64,000 nucleotides of DNA from an uncultured Pelagibacteraceae bacterium. GTDB lineage: Bacteria > Pseudomonadota > Alphaproteobacteria > Pelagibacterales > AG-422-B15. The translations under genes were made by a program, and so were the position numbers. The notes under the pieces were generated by a model. That model was not told where the DNA came from, did no database searches, and worked only from the letters and a program-made list of their open reading frames with translations. Of this stretch, positions 24,413-34,784 are shown piece by piece (position 1 is the first letter of the stretch; each line of letters begins with the position of its first letter). The stretch covers positions 187,183 through 251,182 of the forward strand of contig CACHAK010000001.1 of the NCBI GenBank assembly GCA_902577765.1, in the 5' to 3' direction.

Positions 24413-25744
24413 ATGGCTTCAGCAGCTGAAAAATTAGCATCAAACTTTAACTTCAGTGTCTTTTCCAAGGCTACTGAATTAAAGAAAAGGATTTGGTTCA
24501 CTTTAGGTGCTTTAATAATTTACAGATTTGGCACATATATCCCTTTGCCTGGAATAGATATTGAGCAGTTAAAACTACTTGTAGAGACTAATCAAAGTGG
24601 AATTCTAGGAATGTTTGATGTTTTTGCAGGTGGAGCTATAAGCCGAATGGCTATTTTCGCATTGGGTATCATGCCATACATATCTTCATCAATTATAATG
24701 CAACTTATGACTAGTGTATCGCCTCATCTGGCAAGCTTAAAAAAAGAAGGTGAGCCTGGAAGAAGAAAAATTACTCAATATACAAGATACGGAACTGTCT
24801 TACTTGCGCTATTACAAGGATATGGGATTTCTGTTGGCTTAGAGTCTGCAGGAAAAGTTGTTACAGACCCAGGACTATTTTTTAGACTTTCAACAACAAT
24901 TACATTAACTGGGGGAACAGTTTTCTTGATGTGGCTTGGAGAACAAATAACCAGTAGAGGTATAGGAAATGGAATATCACTCATTATTTTTTCTGGTATT
25001 GTTGCTGAAATTCCTAGCGCATTAATTAATACATTAACTTTGGGTCGTCAGGGAACAATCTCAACTCTTACACTTGTATTGCTCTTATTAATGATTGTAG
25101 CTGTAGTTATCTTTATAGTTTTTATGGAGAGAGCTCAAAGAAGATTAATAGTTCAGTACCCAAAAAGACAGATGGGAAATAAGATGTTTGCTGGAGATAG
25201 CACGCATCTACCACTTAAACTTAACACCGCAGGTGTTATACCAGCAATATTTGCTTCATCTATTTTATTGTTACCAATTACAATTGCAAACTTCAATGTG
25301 TCTACTGAGCCAGGATTATTAAATGATATTGCAGCACTTCTTGGTAGAGGACAGCCTGCATATATGCTGATGTATGCAGCGGCAATTATATTTTTTGCAT
25401 TCTTCTATACTTCAATTGTATTTAATCCAGTTGAAACTGCTGATAATTTAAAAAGACAAGGTGGCTTTATTCCAGGAATTAGGCCAGGTGAAAAAACTGC
25501 TGAGTATATTGATTTTGTCTTATCCAGAATAACAACCATTGGGGCATTATATTTAGCATTTGTATGCATACTCCCAGAAATTTTAATCGCGCAATACTCA
25601 ATTCCATTTTATTTGGGAGGTACATCATTACTCATTGTTGTGGTTGTAGGTATGGATACTGTTGGACAAATTCAAAGTCATTTGTTTGCATATCAATATG
25701 AAGCTTTAATAAAAAAATCTCGCTTAAGAGGCACAAGAAGGTGA
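24413..25744 (+). CDS. secY: Preprotein translocase subunit SecY
   Basis: 443 aa, multi-pass membrane protein. LGIMPYISSSIIMQLM and GGFIPGIRPGEKT motifs. Confidence 0.96.
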   Translation: MASAAEKLASNFNFSVFSKATELKKRIWFTLGALIIYRFGTYIPLPGIDIEQLKLLVETNQSGILGMFDVFAGGAISRMAIFALGIMPYISSSIIMQLMTSVSPHLASLKKEGEPGRRKITQYTRYGTVLLALLQGYGISVGLESAGKVVTDPGLFFRLSTTITLTGGTVFLMWLGEQITSRGIGNGISLIIFSGIVAEIPSALINTLTLGRQGTISTLTLVLLLLMIVAVVIFIVFMERAQRRLIVQYPKRQMGNKMFAGDSTHLPLKLNTAGVIPAIFASSILLLPITIANFNVSTEPGLLNDIAALLGRGQPAYMLMYAAAIIFFAFFYTSIVFNPVETADNLKRQGGFIPGIRPGEKTAEYIDFVLSRITTIGALYLAFVCILPEILIAQYSIPFYLGGTSLLIVVVVGMDTVGQIQSHLFAYQYEALIKKSRLRGTRR

Positions 25745-26307
25745 ATTTAGTTTTATTGGGACCTCCTGGAGCTGGAAAAGGAACTCAGGCAAATTTAATC
25801 TGTGAAAAATATAAATTAATGCATTTATCCACAGGTGATCTGCTTAGGCTCGAGATCGCTAACAAAAGTGAGATAGGGGTAAAGGCTAAACAAATCATTG
25901 ATGAGGGTAAACTAGTTTCTAACGATATAATAATTAATGTTATTAAATCATTTTTTAATAATAATAAAAATTCAGGTGGATACCTACTCGATGGCTTTCC
26001 AAGAAATACAGAGCAGGCTAAGCTTTTAGATAAATTGATGTTAGAACTTAAAAAAAAGTTATCATGCGTAATTCAGTTAGATGTTGATGAAAAACATTTA
26101 AAAGACAGAATATTATCTCGAGGCAAAGAAGAAGGAAGATCAGATGATAATGAGGAAACTCTAATTAAAAGACTCGAAACATATTTCAATGAAACTATGC
26201 CTTTAATAAAATATTATGATGAATCAAAACTGCTAAAAAAAGTCAGTGGTGTGGGTGAAATTATGCATATAAATCAATCAATTAACTCAATTATAGATCA
26301 CCTTTAA
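25741..26307 (+). CDS. adk: Adenylate kinase (short-LID type)
   Basis: P-loop LLGPPGAGKGTQA and short LID SRGKEEGRSDDNEETLIKRLETY. GTG start in a GTGA overlap with the secY stop. Confidence 0.93.
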   Translation: MNLVLLGPPGAGKGTQANLICEKYKLMHLSTGDLLRLEIANKSEIGVKAKQIIDEGKLVSNDIIINVIKSFFNNNKNSGGYLLDGFPRNTEQAKLLDKLMLELKKKLSCVIQLDVDEKHLKDRILSRGKEEGRSDDNEETLIKRLETYFNETMPLIKYYDESKLLKKVSGVGEIMHINQSINSIIDHL

Positions 26308-26312
26308 TATGC

Positions 26313-26340
26313 TTGACCAATTAATTAATAATCCTATAAT
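26313..26340 (+). promoter_or_regulatory. Candidate sigma70-type promoter upstream of rpsM
   Basis: TTGACC (26313-26318), 16-nt spacer, consensus TATAAT (26335-26340), in the 72-nt adk-rpsM gap. Hexamer matching only. Confidence 0.5.
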
Positions 26341-26379
26341 CCCGCAATCTCTCAAACAAAAAATGTTAGGTCTTTATTA

Positions 26380-26757
26380 ATGGCTCGTATTGCTGGAGTA
26401 AATATTCCAACCCAAAAAAAATTAGGAGTTGCTTTGACCTACGTTTATGGGATTGGTGACAAGATTTCAAGAGATGTATGTTCTAAGGCAAATGTAGATG
26501 CAAATACTAGAGTCCAAGATTTATCTGAAGCAGAAATAAAAAATGTTAGTGATGTTATTTCATCATCATTTTTAGTTGAAGGTGATTTAAGAAGAGAGGT
26601 TTCTGGAAATATCAAAAGATTAAAGGATCTTGGTACGTATAGAGGTGTGAGACACAGAAAAAATTTGCCATGTAGAGGTCAGCGTACTCATACAAACGCT
26701 AGAACAAAAAAAGGAAAAGCTATTGCAATTGCTGGAAAGAAAAAGGTTACTAAATAA
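26380..26757 (+). CDS. rpsM: 30S ribosomal protein S13
   Basis: [10 protein letters not shown] start and [23 protein letters not shown]. Confidence 0.95.
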   Translation: MARIAGVNIPTQKKLGVALTYVYGIGDKISRDVCSKANVDANTRVQDLSEAEIKNVSDVISSSFLVEGDLRREVSGNIKRLKDLGTYRGVRHRKNLPCRGQRTHTNARTKKGKAIAIAGKKKVTK

Positions 26758-26759
26758 AT

Positions 26760-27149
26760 ATGGCTGAAGTTAAAATTGTAAAAAAGAAAAAACAAAAAAA
26801 GAATATCATTTCTGGATTAGCATATATTAATGCTACATTTAATAATACTATGATTACCATTACAGATGAGCAAGGCAATAGTATTGCATGGTCATCTGCG
26901 GGAGTAAAAGGTTTTAAAGGATCAAGAAAGTCCACACCATACGCTGCACAAATTGCAGCAGAGGATGCTGGCACTAAAGCAAAAGAGTTTGGTTTAAAAA
27001 ACTTACAAGTATTTGTTAAAGGACCAGGCGGAGGAAGAGAGTCGGCACTACGAGCATTACAAGCTGTAGGATTCTATATAACTTCTATAAAAGATACTAC
27101 ACCAATTCCTCACAACGGCTGTCGTCCACCAAAGAAAAGAAGAGTTTAA
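26760..27149 (+). CDS. rpsK: 30S ribosomal protein S11
   Basis: [19 protein letters not shown] and C-terminal [13 protein letters not shown]. Confidence 0.95.
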   Translation: MAEVKIVKKKKQKKNIISGLAYINATFNNTMITITDEQGNSIAWSSAGVKGFKGSRKSTPYAAQIAAEDAGTKAKEFGLKNLQVFVKGPGGGRESALRALQAVGFYITSIKDTTPIPHNGCRPPKKRRV

Positions 27150-27172
27150 TATTTATTAAAGGAAAAAAAATT

Positions 27173-28195
27173 ATGAGTATTATTAATAATTGGCAGGCAT
27201 TAATAAAACCTTCAAAACTAAAGCTAATCAGCGATGAAGATACTCAATATAAAGCAACGTTAATTGCAGAACCACTTGAGAGGGGTTTTGGTTTAACGCT
27301 TGGAAATGCTCTTAGAAGAGTGCTATTGTCGTCACTACAAGGTACTGCTGTGACAGCAATTAAAATAGATAACGTTCTTCATGAATTTTCATCTATTGAT
27401 GGTGTAAGAGAAGACGTTACAGATATAGTGTTAAATATAAAGTCTTTGTCTCTAAATATGCATTCTGAAGGTGTGAGAAAAATGAATCTCAATGTAACTG
27501 GCCCAGGTGAGATTACTGCAGGTATGATTAATACTCCTTCTGAGATTGATATTATAAATCCAGAGTTAGTTATCTGTAATCTTGATGACAATACTGAATT
27601 TAATATGGAGCTTACTGTAGCAAAAGGTAAAGGTTATGTTGCCGCTGAACATAACAAGCCAGAAGACTCTGCTATAGGCCTGATTCCGATAGACTCTATA
27701 TTTAGCCCAGTTAAACAAGTTTCATACAGTATAGAAAATACTAGAGAGGGAAAAGTCTTGGACTATGATAAGCTAACAATGTCAATTGAAACAAATGGAT
27801 CAGTATCTCCTGAGGACGCTATTGCTTTTGCAGCAAGAATAATTCAAGACCAATTGCAATCTTTTATTAATTTTGAAGAACCTGAAGAGATACAGGAAGA
27901 ACCTGATGCATTGGAACCTCAATTTAATAAAAATCTTTTAAGAAAAGTTGAGGAGCTTGAACTTTCAGTGAGATCGATGAATTGCCTTAGAAATGATAAT
28001 ATTATTTACATTGGAGACCTTGTTCAAAAAAGTGAAATTGAAATGTTGCGTACACCTAATTTTGGTCGTAAGTCTCTAAATGAAATAAAAGAAGTACTAG
28101 GCACTATGTCACTATATTTAGGCATGGAAGTACCTAATTGGCCACCTGAAAATATCGAGGAAATGGCAAGAAAGATTGAAGATCCATATAATTAA
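27173..28195 (+). CDS. rpoA: DNA-directed RNA polymerase subunit alpha
   Basis: [28 protein letters not shown] and [27 protein letters not shown]. Follows rpsK directly (no rpsD), as in alphaproteobacteria. Confidence 0.96.
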   Translation: MSIINNWQALIKPSKLKLISDEDTQYKATLIAEPLERGFGLTLGNALRRVLLSSLQGTAVTAIKIDNVLHEFSSIDGVREDVTDIVLNIKSLSLNMHSEGVRKMNLNVTGPGEITAGMINTPSEIDIINPELVICNLDDNTEFNMELTVAKGKGYVAAEHNKPEDSAIGLIPIDSIFSPVKQVSYSIENTREGKVLDYDKLTMSIETNGSVSPEDAIAFAARIIQDQLQSFINFEEPEEIQEEPDALEPQFNKNLLRKVEELELSVRSMNCLRNDNIIYIGDLVQKSEIEMLRTPNFGRKSLNEIKEVLGTMSLYLGMEVPNWPPENIEEMARKIEDPYN

Positions 28196-28197
28196 AA

Positions 28198-28560
28198 ATG
28201 AGACACGGAATTGCAAAAAGAAAGTTAAATAGGACATCATCGCACCGGATAGCGATGCTTGAGAACATGGCTGTTTCACTTATCAAAAAAGAGACTATCA
28301 AAACCACACTTCCAAAAGCAAAGGAATTAAGACCATTTGTTGAAAAAATTATCACTCTAGGTAAAAAGAATAAAAGTTCATCAAGGTCAAATGCTTTTGA
28401 CTCACTAAGAGATAAAGAAGCAGTAACAAAAGTTTTTGGAGATTTATCTGAAAGATTCAAAGATAGAAACGGTGGCTATTGTAGAATCGTTAAAGCCGGC
28501 TATCGATCAGGTGATAATGCGCCTATGGCTTACATTCAAATCCTTGATCAAGAAAAATAA
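28198..28560 (+). CDS. rplQ: 50S ribosomal protein L17
   Basis: [17 protein letters not shown] start. Last gene of the alpha cluster. Confidence 0.93.
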   Translation: MRHGIAKRKLNRTSSHRIAMLENMAVSLIKKETIKTTLPKAKELRPFVEKIITLGKKNKSSSRSNAFDSLRDKEAVTKVFGDLSERFKDRNGGYCRIVKAGYRSGDNAPMAYIQILDQEK

Positions 28561-28605
28561 TATTTAGTTAATAATAAGTTGATTTATCTAAACATATTAA
28601 TTTAG

Positions 28606-29475
28606 ATGAAGTCCAAAAAAACTATAATTGTTGATAGTGCATCTAACGGGATAAGATTAGATAAGTTTTTAAAAGAAAAATTGAATATTCCTTTTTCACT
28701 ACTTCACAAAGAACTCAGAAAAAAATCAATTAAAATAAACAATAAAAAAAAACTTGGAAGTTATAGAGTTAAACAAGATGATATTGTTGATATTTTTAAG
28801 GAATTCAAAATTATTCTCGAAAATAAAGCTTCAATTAAAATACCCAACATAATCAAGAGAAAAATCAAAAATTCAGTAGTTTTTCAGTCTGACGACTATA
28901 TTATTATTAATAAGTGGGCTGGAATACCATGTCAGCGTGGATCAAAAATTAATCTATCGATAGATGATCTGCTTCAATATTTTGACAATAAAGATAGTCA
29001 TCCTAAATTAGTGCATCGACTTGACAAAGATACAACTGGTCTATTGATAATTGCAAAAAACTATAATTCTGCAAGGTATTTTCATGAAATTCTTTCTAAT
29101 CATAAAATAAAGAAAACTTATTATGCAATAGTAGAAAATAAGCCAAAAAACAGAGAGGGAATACTAAATGACATGCTCCCCAAAAATAAAAAAAATGTTT
29201 CTGCTAAAACAAAATATCAAATAACAAAAAAACTTCCTGGAGGAAATTTTCTTTTAAAGTTAAATCCTCAATCAGGTAGAAAACATCAAATAAGGCAGCA
29301 TTGTTTTATGAATGGTTTTCCAATACTTGGTGATAAAAAATATTATATTGAACGCAAACAAATAAAACATTCTAATTTATGCCTACATGCTGGCGCTTTA
29401 GAATTCACTGATATGAATAATAAAAAAGTCAAAATAGAGACTGAACTCCCGGATCACTTTAGAAAATACTTATAA
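28606..29475 (+). CDS. RluA-family (RluC/RluD-like) 23S rRNA pseudouridine synthase
   Basis: N-terminal S4-like region (IRLDKFL), catalytic HRLDKDTTGLLIIAKN and SGRKHQIRQH motifs. Confidence 0.85.
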   Translation: MKSKKTIIVDSASNGIRLDKFLKEKLNIPFSLLHKELRKKSIKINNKKKLGSYRVKQDDIVDIFKEFKIILENKASIKIPNIIKRKIKNSVVFQSDDYIIINKWAGIPCQRGSKINLSIDDLLQYFDNKDSHPKLVHRLDKDTTGLLIIAKNYNSARYFHEILSNHKIKKTYYAIVENKPKNREGILNDMLPKNKKNVSAKTKYQITKKLPGGNFLLKLNPQSGRKHQIRQHCFMNGFPILGDKKYYIERKQIKHSNLCLHAGALEFTDMNNKKVKIETELPDHFRKYL

Positions 29476-29513
29476 ATTGATAATTCGGAAATATTATATA
29501 ATATATCTACTTC

Positions 29514-31046
29514 ATGAGTGATATCATCAAATTATTAGAAAAAAAGCGCGAAGAAGCTAAGCTTGGTGGAGGAAAAAAAAGAATTGACTCTCAGCACGCT
29601 AAAGGCAAGTTAACAGCAAGAGAACGAATAGAGGTACTTTTAGATCAAGACACTTTTGAAGAATACGATATGTACGTGGAACACCGTACTAATGACTTTG
29701 GCATGGCCGATCAGAAATATGCTGGTGATGGAGTGGTTACTGGGAGTGGTAAAATAAATGGAAAATTAGTATACATTTTCAGTCAAGACTTTACAGTTTT
29801 TGGCGGCTCACTATCTGAAGCTCATGCAGAAAAAATATGCAAGATAATGGATATGGCAATGAAAGTTGGCGCTCCTATTATTGGCATAAATGACTCTGGT
29901 GGTGCACGTATTCAGGAGGGCGTTGCTTCTTTAGCGGGTTATGCAGAGGTGTTTCAACGAAATGTTCTTGCCTCTGGAGTTGTTCCTCAAATTTCAGTCA
30001 TTATGGGTCCATGTGCTGGCGGAGCTGTGTATTCACCCGCAATGACAGATTTCATATTTATGGTTAAAAATACCTCATTCATGTTTGTGACTGGCCCGGA
30101 TGTTGTAAAGACCGTGACACAAGAAAATGTTACGCAAGAGGAATTAGGAGGCGCTAAAACACATACTTCAAAGTCTTCTGTAGCTGATGGAGCATTCAAT
30201 AATGATATTGAAACACTTCAGGAAGTAAAAAGTCTTATTGACTTGTTGCCTTCAAGCAATCGGGAAAAATCTAAAAATATTAAAGATAGTTTTCAAGATC
30301 TAAGTCCAGATTACTCTTTAGATACCCTTGTTCCTGAAAACGCAAATAAACCATATGATATGAAAGAACTAATCAATAAAGTAGTTGATAATAACTATTT
30401 TTTTGAAATTCAGCCTGACTTTGCAAAAAATATTATCACTGGTTTTGGAAGAATTGAGGGAAGAACAGTTGGATTTGTAGCAAACCAGCCATTAGTTTTA
30501 GCGGGATGTCTTGATATAGACTCTGGTAAAAAAGGAGGCAGATTTGTGAGATTTTGCGATTGTTTCAATATTCCAATTGTCACTTTTGTTGACGTACCGG
30601 GGTTTTTGCCAGGAGTATCTCAAGAACACAATGGTATTATTAAAAATGGAGCTAAGCTTTTATACGCCTATGCTGAAGCAACCGTTCCTAAAATTACAAT
30701 CATAACTCGTAAGGCTTACGGAGGTGCATATGTTGTAATGGCTTCAAAGCATTTGCGAGGTGATATTAATTATGCATGGCCAAGTGCAGAGATTGCAGTT
30801 ATGGGTGCCAAGGGAGCTACTGAAATTTTGTTCAGAAATGAAATTAAGGATAAAAAGAAAATTGACAAGAGAACACAAGAATATACAGATCAGTTTGTAA
30901 ATCCATTTATTGCTTCAAAGAGAGGATTTATAGATGATGTAATAAGACCACATTCAACACGTCGTCGTATAGCGACAGCGCTCGAAAATCTAAAAGATAA
31001 AGAATTGTCTTCTCCTCAAAAAAAACACGATAATATACCACTATAA
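29514..31046 (+). CDS. pccB: Propionyl-CoA carboxylase beta (carboxyltransferase) subunit
   Basis: 510 aa. [26 protein letters not shown] and AYGGAYVVM carboxyltransferase motifs. Adjacent to a biotin carboxylase/BCCP fusion. Confidence 0.88.
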   Translation: MSDIIKLLEKKREEAKLGGGKKRIDSQHAKGKLTARERIEVLLDQDTFEEYDMYVEHRTNDFGMADQKYAGDGVVTGSGKINGKLVYIFSQDFTVFGGSLSEAHAEKICKIMDMAMKVGAPIIGINDSGGARIQEGVASLAGYAEVFQRNVLASGVVPQISVIMGPCAGGAVYSPAMTDFIFMVKNTSFMFVTGPDVVKTVTQENVTQEELGGAKTHTSKSSVADGAFNNDIETLQEVKSLIDLLPSSNREKSKNIKDSFQDLSPDYSLDTLVPENANKPYDMKELINKVVDNNYFFEIQPDFAKNIITGFGRIEGRTVGFVANQPLVLAGCLDIDSGKKGGRFVRFCDCFNIPIVTFVDVPGFLPGVSQEHNGIIKNGAKLLYAYAEATVPKITIITRKAYGGAYVVMASKHLRGDINYAWPSAEIAVMGAKGATEILFRNEIKDKKKIDKRTQEYTDQFVNPFIASKRGFIDDVIRPHSTRRRIATALENLKDKELSSPQKKHDNIPL

Positions 31047-31049
31047 GTA

Positions 31050-33041
31050 ATGATTAAAAAAATTCTAATTGCGAATAGAGGAGAAATTGCGTGCAGAGTT
31101 ATACGTACAGCAAAAAAGTTGAATATCAATACTGTTGCCGTTTATTCTGATGCTGATAAAGATTCTCTATTTGTGAAACAGGCAGATGAGTCCTTCCATA
31201 TTGGCGGCTCTCAGCCAGCTGAGTCTTATTTAGATATAAATAAAATCATCAATATTGCAAAAAAATCAAAGGCCGATGCAATTCACCCAGGATACGGATT
31301 TTTATCTGAAAATGCAGCCTTCGTAAAAAGACTCGCTAAAGAGAAAATTAAATTTATAGGACCCAATCCAAATGCTATAAAAAAAATGGGAGACAAAATT
31401 GAGTCTAAAAATCTTGCAATAAAACTTAAATTAAACGTAATACCTGGTCATACCGCTCCAGTAAAAAACTCTAAAGAAGCATTAAAAATCTCAAATAAAA
31501 TTGGATACCCGGTCTTGCTAAAAGCATCAGCTGGAGGTGGTGGTAAAGGAATGAGAATAGTAAGGAAAAATAGTGAATTAGAAGAAAATTTTAATGCTGC
31601 AAAAAGTGAGTCAAAAAAAAGTTTTGGGGATGATCGCGTGTTCATTGAAAAATATATAGAGCAGCCAAGACATATTGAGATACAAATTCTTTGTGACAAG
31701 CATGGAAATCAAGTTCATTTAGGTGAGAGAGAATGTTCAATTCAAAGGAGATATCAAAAAGTTATTGAGGAGTGCCCATCGCCATTTGTAGATGAAGATA
31801 TGAGAAATCAAATGGCTGCACAAGCTTTAACCCTTGCAAAGGAAGTTAAATATGATTCAGCCGGGACTGTGGAATTTGTAGTAGATGCAAATAAAAATTT
31901 TTATTTTCTTGAGATGAACACAAGACTTCAAGTTGAACATCCAGTTTCTGAGCTTGTTACAGGCGTAGATTTGGTTGAACAAATGATTTATTGTGCAGAT
32001 AATAAAAAGTTAAATATATCACAAAAAGATATCAACCTTAGAGGTTGGTCAATTGAATCACGTATTTATGCTGAAGATCCAACCAAAGATTTTTTACCTT
32101 CAATTGGTAGAGTGACAGAATACATAGAGCCATCAAAAATCAAAAATAAAGATCAAATTATAAGAAACGATACAGGGATAAATCCTGGATCTGAAGTTTC
32201 ATTGTTTTATGATCCTATGATATCAAAACTAGCAGTTCATAGTAAGGACAGAGCAACTGCAATAGACTTAATGATCAATTCATTGCAAAATTATTATTTA
32301 TCAGGAGTTGAAAATAATATTGAATTCCTGATTTCAATTTTAGATGATAAAAAATTTAGAATAGGCAATATAAGTACAAATTTCATTAAAGAAAAATTCC
32401 CTAAGGGTTATTATGCTAATCATGATTTAAGTGAATATAAGAAACACAGAATTGCAATTTTTGCACAGGTTTTATTTATATTCCAATTACAAAGCAAGAT
32501 ACTAATTTCCAATGATTTTGTAATAAAGGTAGGAGAAGATTTTCTTAACCTTGTAGTTGTAGAATTTAAGTTTGAAAAAGAAAGATTTTATGGAACCTTT
32601 AAAATAGAAAAAAAAGAGTATGAGATTGAAACATCTATTAAACTTAACCAGAGGTTATGTCAGGTAAGCATAAATCAGCATTTAGAGTATTTTAAACTAA
32701 ATAAACTTGTAAACCTTAACTCCTCGGATATTAGTTACCATGACTGTAGATGTCAGACCATTGTTGTAAGTAAACAACATGAAACTTACATTAGGCTTAT
32801 GCCAAAAATAAAATTAGAAGATTTATCAAAAAAATTAATTTCTCCAATGCCTGGCCTAATCAAGTCAGTAAACGTATCTGAAGGACAAAAGATCAAAAGT
32901 GGTGATCAATTGCTAATCATTGAAGCAATGAAAATGGAAAATATTCTAAAAAGTGAAAAAGACTGCGTAATTGATAAAGTTCTAATAAAGCCAGGTGATA
33001 GCGTGGGCGCTGATGAGGAGCTTATTCTATTTTCTAAATAG
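31050..33041 (+). CDS. pccA: Propionyl-CoA carboxylase alpha subunit (biotin carboxylase + BCCP)
   Basis: ILIANRGEIACRVIRT start, ATP-grasp KASAGGGGKGMRIV, C-terminal biotinylation motif EAMKMEN. Confidence 0.85.
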   Translation: MIKKILIANRGEIACRVIRTAKKLNINTVAVYSDADKDSLFVKQADESFHIGGSQPAESYLDINKIINIAKKSKADAIHPGYGFLSENAAFVKRLAKEKIKFIGPNPNAIKKMGDKIESKNLAIKLKLNVIPGHTAPVKNSKEALKISNKIGYPVLLKASAGGGGKGMRIVRKNSELEENFNAAKSESKKSFGDDRVFIEKYIEQPRHIEIQILCDKHGNQVHLGERECSIQRRYQKVIEECPSPFVDEDMRNQMAAQALTLAKEVKYDSAGTVEFVVDANKNFYFLEMNTRLQVEHPVSELVTGVDLVEQMIYCADNKKLNISQKDINLRGWSIESRIYAEDPTKDFLPSIGRVTEYIEPSKIKNKDQIIRNDTGINPGSEVSLFYDPMISKLAVHSKDRATAIDLMINSLQNYYLSGVENNIEFLISILDDKKFRIGNISTNFIKEKFPKGYYANHDLSEYKKHRIAIFAQVLFIFQLQSKILISNDFVIKVGEDFLNLVVVEFKFEKERFYGTFKIEKKEYEIETSIKLNQRLCQVSINQHLEYFKLNKLVNLNSSDISYHDCRCQTIVVSKQHETYIRLMPKIKLEDLSKKLISPMPGLIKSVNVSEGQKIKSGDQLLIIEAMKMENILKSEKDCVIDKVLIKPGDSVGADEELILFSK

Positions 33042-34119
33042 TCAAAGTTTTTAATTTGCTCTGAAAAATATCTCTATCCATGTAGCCTTGTCTAAAGTAG
33101 CGGCGATTTTTAGTATCTTTATATGCACCTCTCCCATGTAAGACGCGATAATTATCTAAAATTAACATGTCTCCTGGTCGTTGTTTAATACGAATATTAT
33201 TTTTTTTATTCTTAATTAAATCCCACAACTTTCTTCTTGCATTAATATAATCATCTATTTTTTTATTTTTATCGAATGGAATTAATTCAGTTCTATTGTT
33301 GTACCTTACTTGTATTACATTGTTCATATCGTCTAACTCGATCAGCTTACATTTATTTTCTAACCAGGCATTTTCATCTTTATATCTAAAAAAAGTATTG
33401 AAAGTTGTAAGTGTATTAAAGAATTGTTTATGTCTATCTCGCAAAATTTTTGCGATATTAAAACCGTCAACTATTGTATTTTCTCCTCCTATTAAGGCGT
33501 TTTCTATGCAGTGTAAAAAAATGTAACCTTGTGTCGGGAAGCGATATGGATTGTCAGTATGGTTCTCTAGCGCTCTTGTTGTCATAGTTAAATCATAGGC
33601 TTTTTTTATGTTTTTAACGTCAGCAATGCCACCCCAATTCGTTTTTTTAACTGGCCCGATAAGTTTCATAAGTTCATTTAATCCATTCTTAGTTTTTGGA
33701 ATATTTCTGACTAAACAAAAACCAAATGTTTCAACAGATAATAAAATGTCAGATAACATTTTTTCATTTATTAGCAGAAAGTTATATTTTGGAATTTTAA
33801 TACTTTCTTTATTCCATAAACATTTTTTGGACTTAAATTTTTCTGACTCTAGTTGATTGTAAAGATAGCCAAATTGATACGAATGTTTTGAATTGTCTGA
33901 AAATTGAATTTGTAAAATATTTTTTTTTATTTTGGCTGATTTAATGTATAAATGTTCATCTATTTCTGCCGCTTCTATTAATAGTTGATTTGTATAATTA
34001 TCTCTTATCTCGCTGTTCTTACTATGCTCGTAAAGCCATTGAGCATTTACTTCATAGTTCTTAGTTTTATTTTTGAGATTTATAGTTTTTTTATTATTTT
34101 TTACAGAAATAAAGTTCAT
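33034..34119 (-). CDS. Gamma-butyrobetaine dioxygenase-like Fe(II)/2-oxoglutarate dioxygenase (TauD superfamily)
   Basis: 361 aa. HTDNPYR (His-x-Asp iron ligands) and distal VLHGR motif. N-terminal GBBH-like/DUF971-type domain (WLYEHS...) without cysteines. Substrate unknown. Confidence 0.7.
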   Translation of the reverse strand: MNFISVKNNKKTINLKNKTKNYEVNAQWLYEHSKNSEIRDNYTNQLLIEAAEIDEHLYIKSAKIKKNILQIQFSDNSKHSYQFGYLYNQLESEKFKSKKCLWNKESIKIPKYNFLLINEKMLSDILLSVETFGFCLVRNIPKTKNGLNELMKLIGPVKKTNWGGIADVKNIKKAYDLTMTTRALENHTDNPYRFPTQGYIFLHCIENALIGGENTIVDGFNIAKILRDRHKQFFNTLTTFNTFFRYKDENAWLENKCKLIELDDMNNVIQVRYNNRTELIPFDKNKKIDDYINARRKLWDLIKNKKNNIRIKQRPGDMLILDNYRVLHGRGAYKDTKNRRYFRQGYMDRDIFQSKLKTLTI

Positions 34120-34120
34120 T

Positions 34121-34741
34121 TTAATTAAAATATTTAACTAGAGTTTTTTCAATTGTTCTATCAATTTCCTTATTCTCTATATTATAACCTAAATCTGAAA
34201 AACTAGTGACAAATTTGCTACTCATTCCGCATGGCTTGATACCTTCGTAGTGACTTAAGTCTGGATTTATATTTATTGAAAAACCATGGTACGTAACCCA
34301 TTTTTTTACCTTTAGACCAATACTAGCAATTTTGTAGAGTTGACCGTTATCCTTTTTAACGAATACTCCATGATGATCAGGTATTGCTTCTCCAACAATG
34401 TGAAAATTACTTAAAATTTCGATGATCAATTTCTCAATTTGACTTACAAAAAATTTAATGTTTTTTTTTCTATTATTTAAATTGATCATTAGGTAGACAA
34501 CTCTCTGTCCAGGACCATGATAAGTATATTTTCCTCCCCGATTAGTCTTAATTACTGGTATTTTATTATTATTAAGAAGGTCACTTTTATTATCAGTAGA
34601 TCCTGATGTATATATCGCTGGATGACTTAAGAGCCAAGCAAGTTCGTCATTATGGTTATTAATTATTTCATTAACTCTATTTTCCATATATTTAAGACTT
34701 TTTAAGTAGTCTTGAGCTGAATTATCTATCTTAATTTCCAT
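34121..34741 (-). CDS. lipB: Octanoyltransferase LipB
   Basis: RGGKYTYHGPGQRVVY, KIASIGLKV (Lys) and KPCGM (Cys) motifs. Confidence 0.88.
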   Translation of the reverse strand: MEIKIDNSAQDYLKSLKYMENRVNEIINNHNDELAWLLSHPAIYTSGSTDNKSDLLNNNKIPVIKTNRGGKYTYHGPGQRVVYLMINLNNRKKNIKFFVSQIEKLIIEILSNFHIVGEAIPDHHGVFVKKDNGQLYKIASIGLKVKKWVTYHGFSININPDLSHYEGIKPCGMSSKFVTSFSDLGYNIENKEIDRTIEKTLVKYFN

Positions 34742-34784
34742 GTTTTTCTGGATAATAACCTAAATTGATGTACATGTTTTTATT

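Noticed and set aside
25741-26307. Adenylate kinase with a short AK1-like LID (188 aa) instead of the long bacterial LID
   Set aside because: Short-LID adenylate kinases are a known natural variant in several bacterial groups, so this is not novel.
29477-29502. TTGATA ... TATAAT upstream of pccB
   Set aside because: The spacer is only 14 nt, and alternative -10 choices are just runs of TA. This cannot be distinguished from background in AT-rich DNA.
34742-34784. Possible M-box (Mg) riboswitch upstream of mgtE
   Set aside because: The lipB-mgtE divergent gap is only 43 nt, far shorter than an M-box aptamer.
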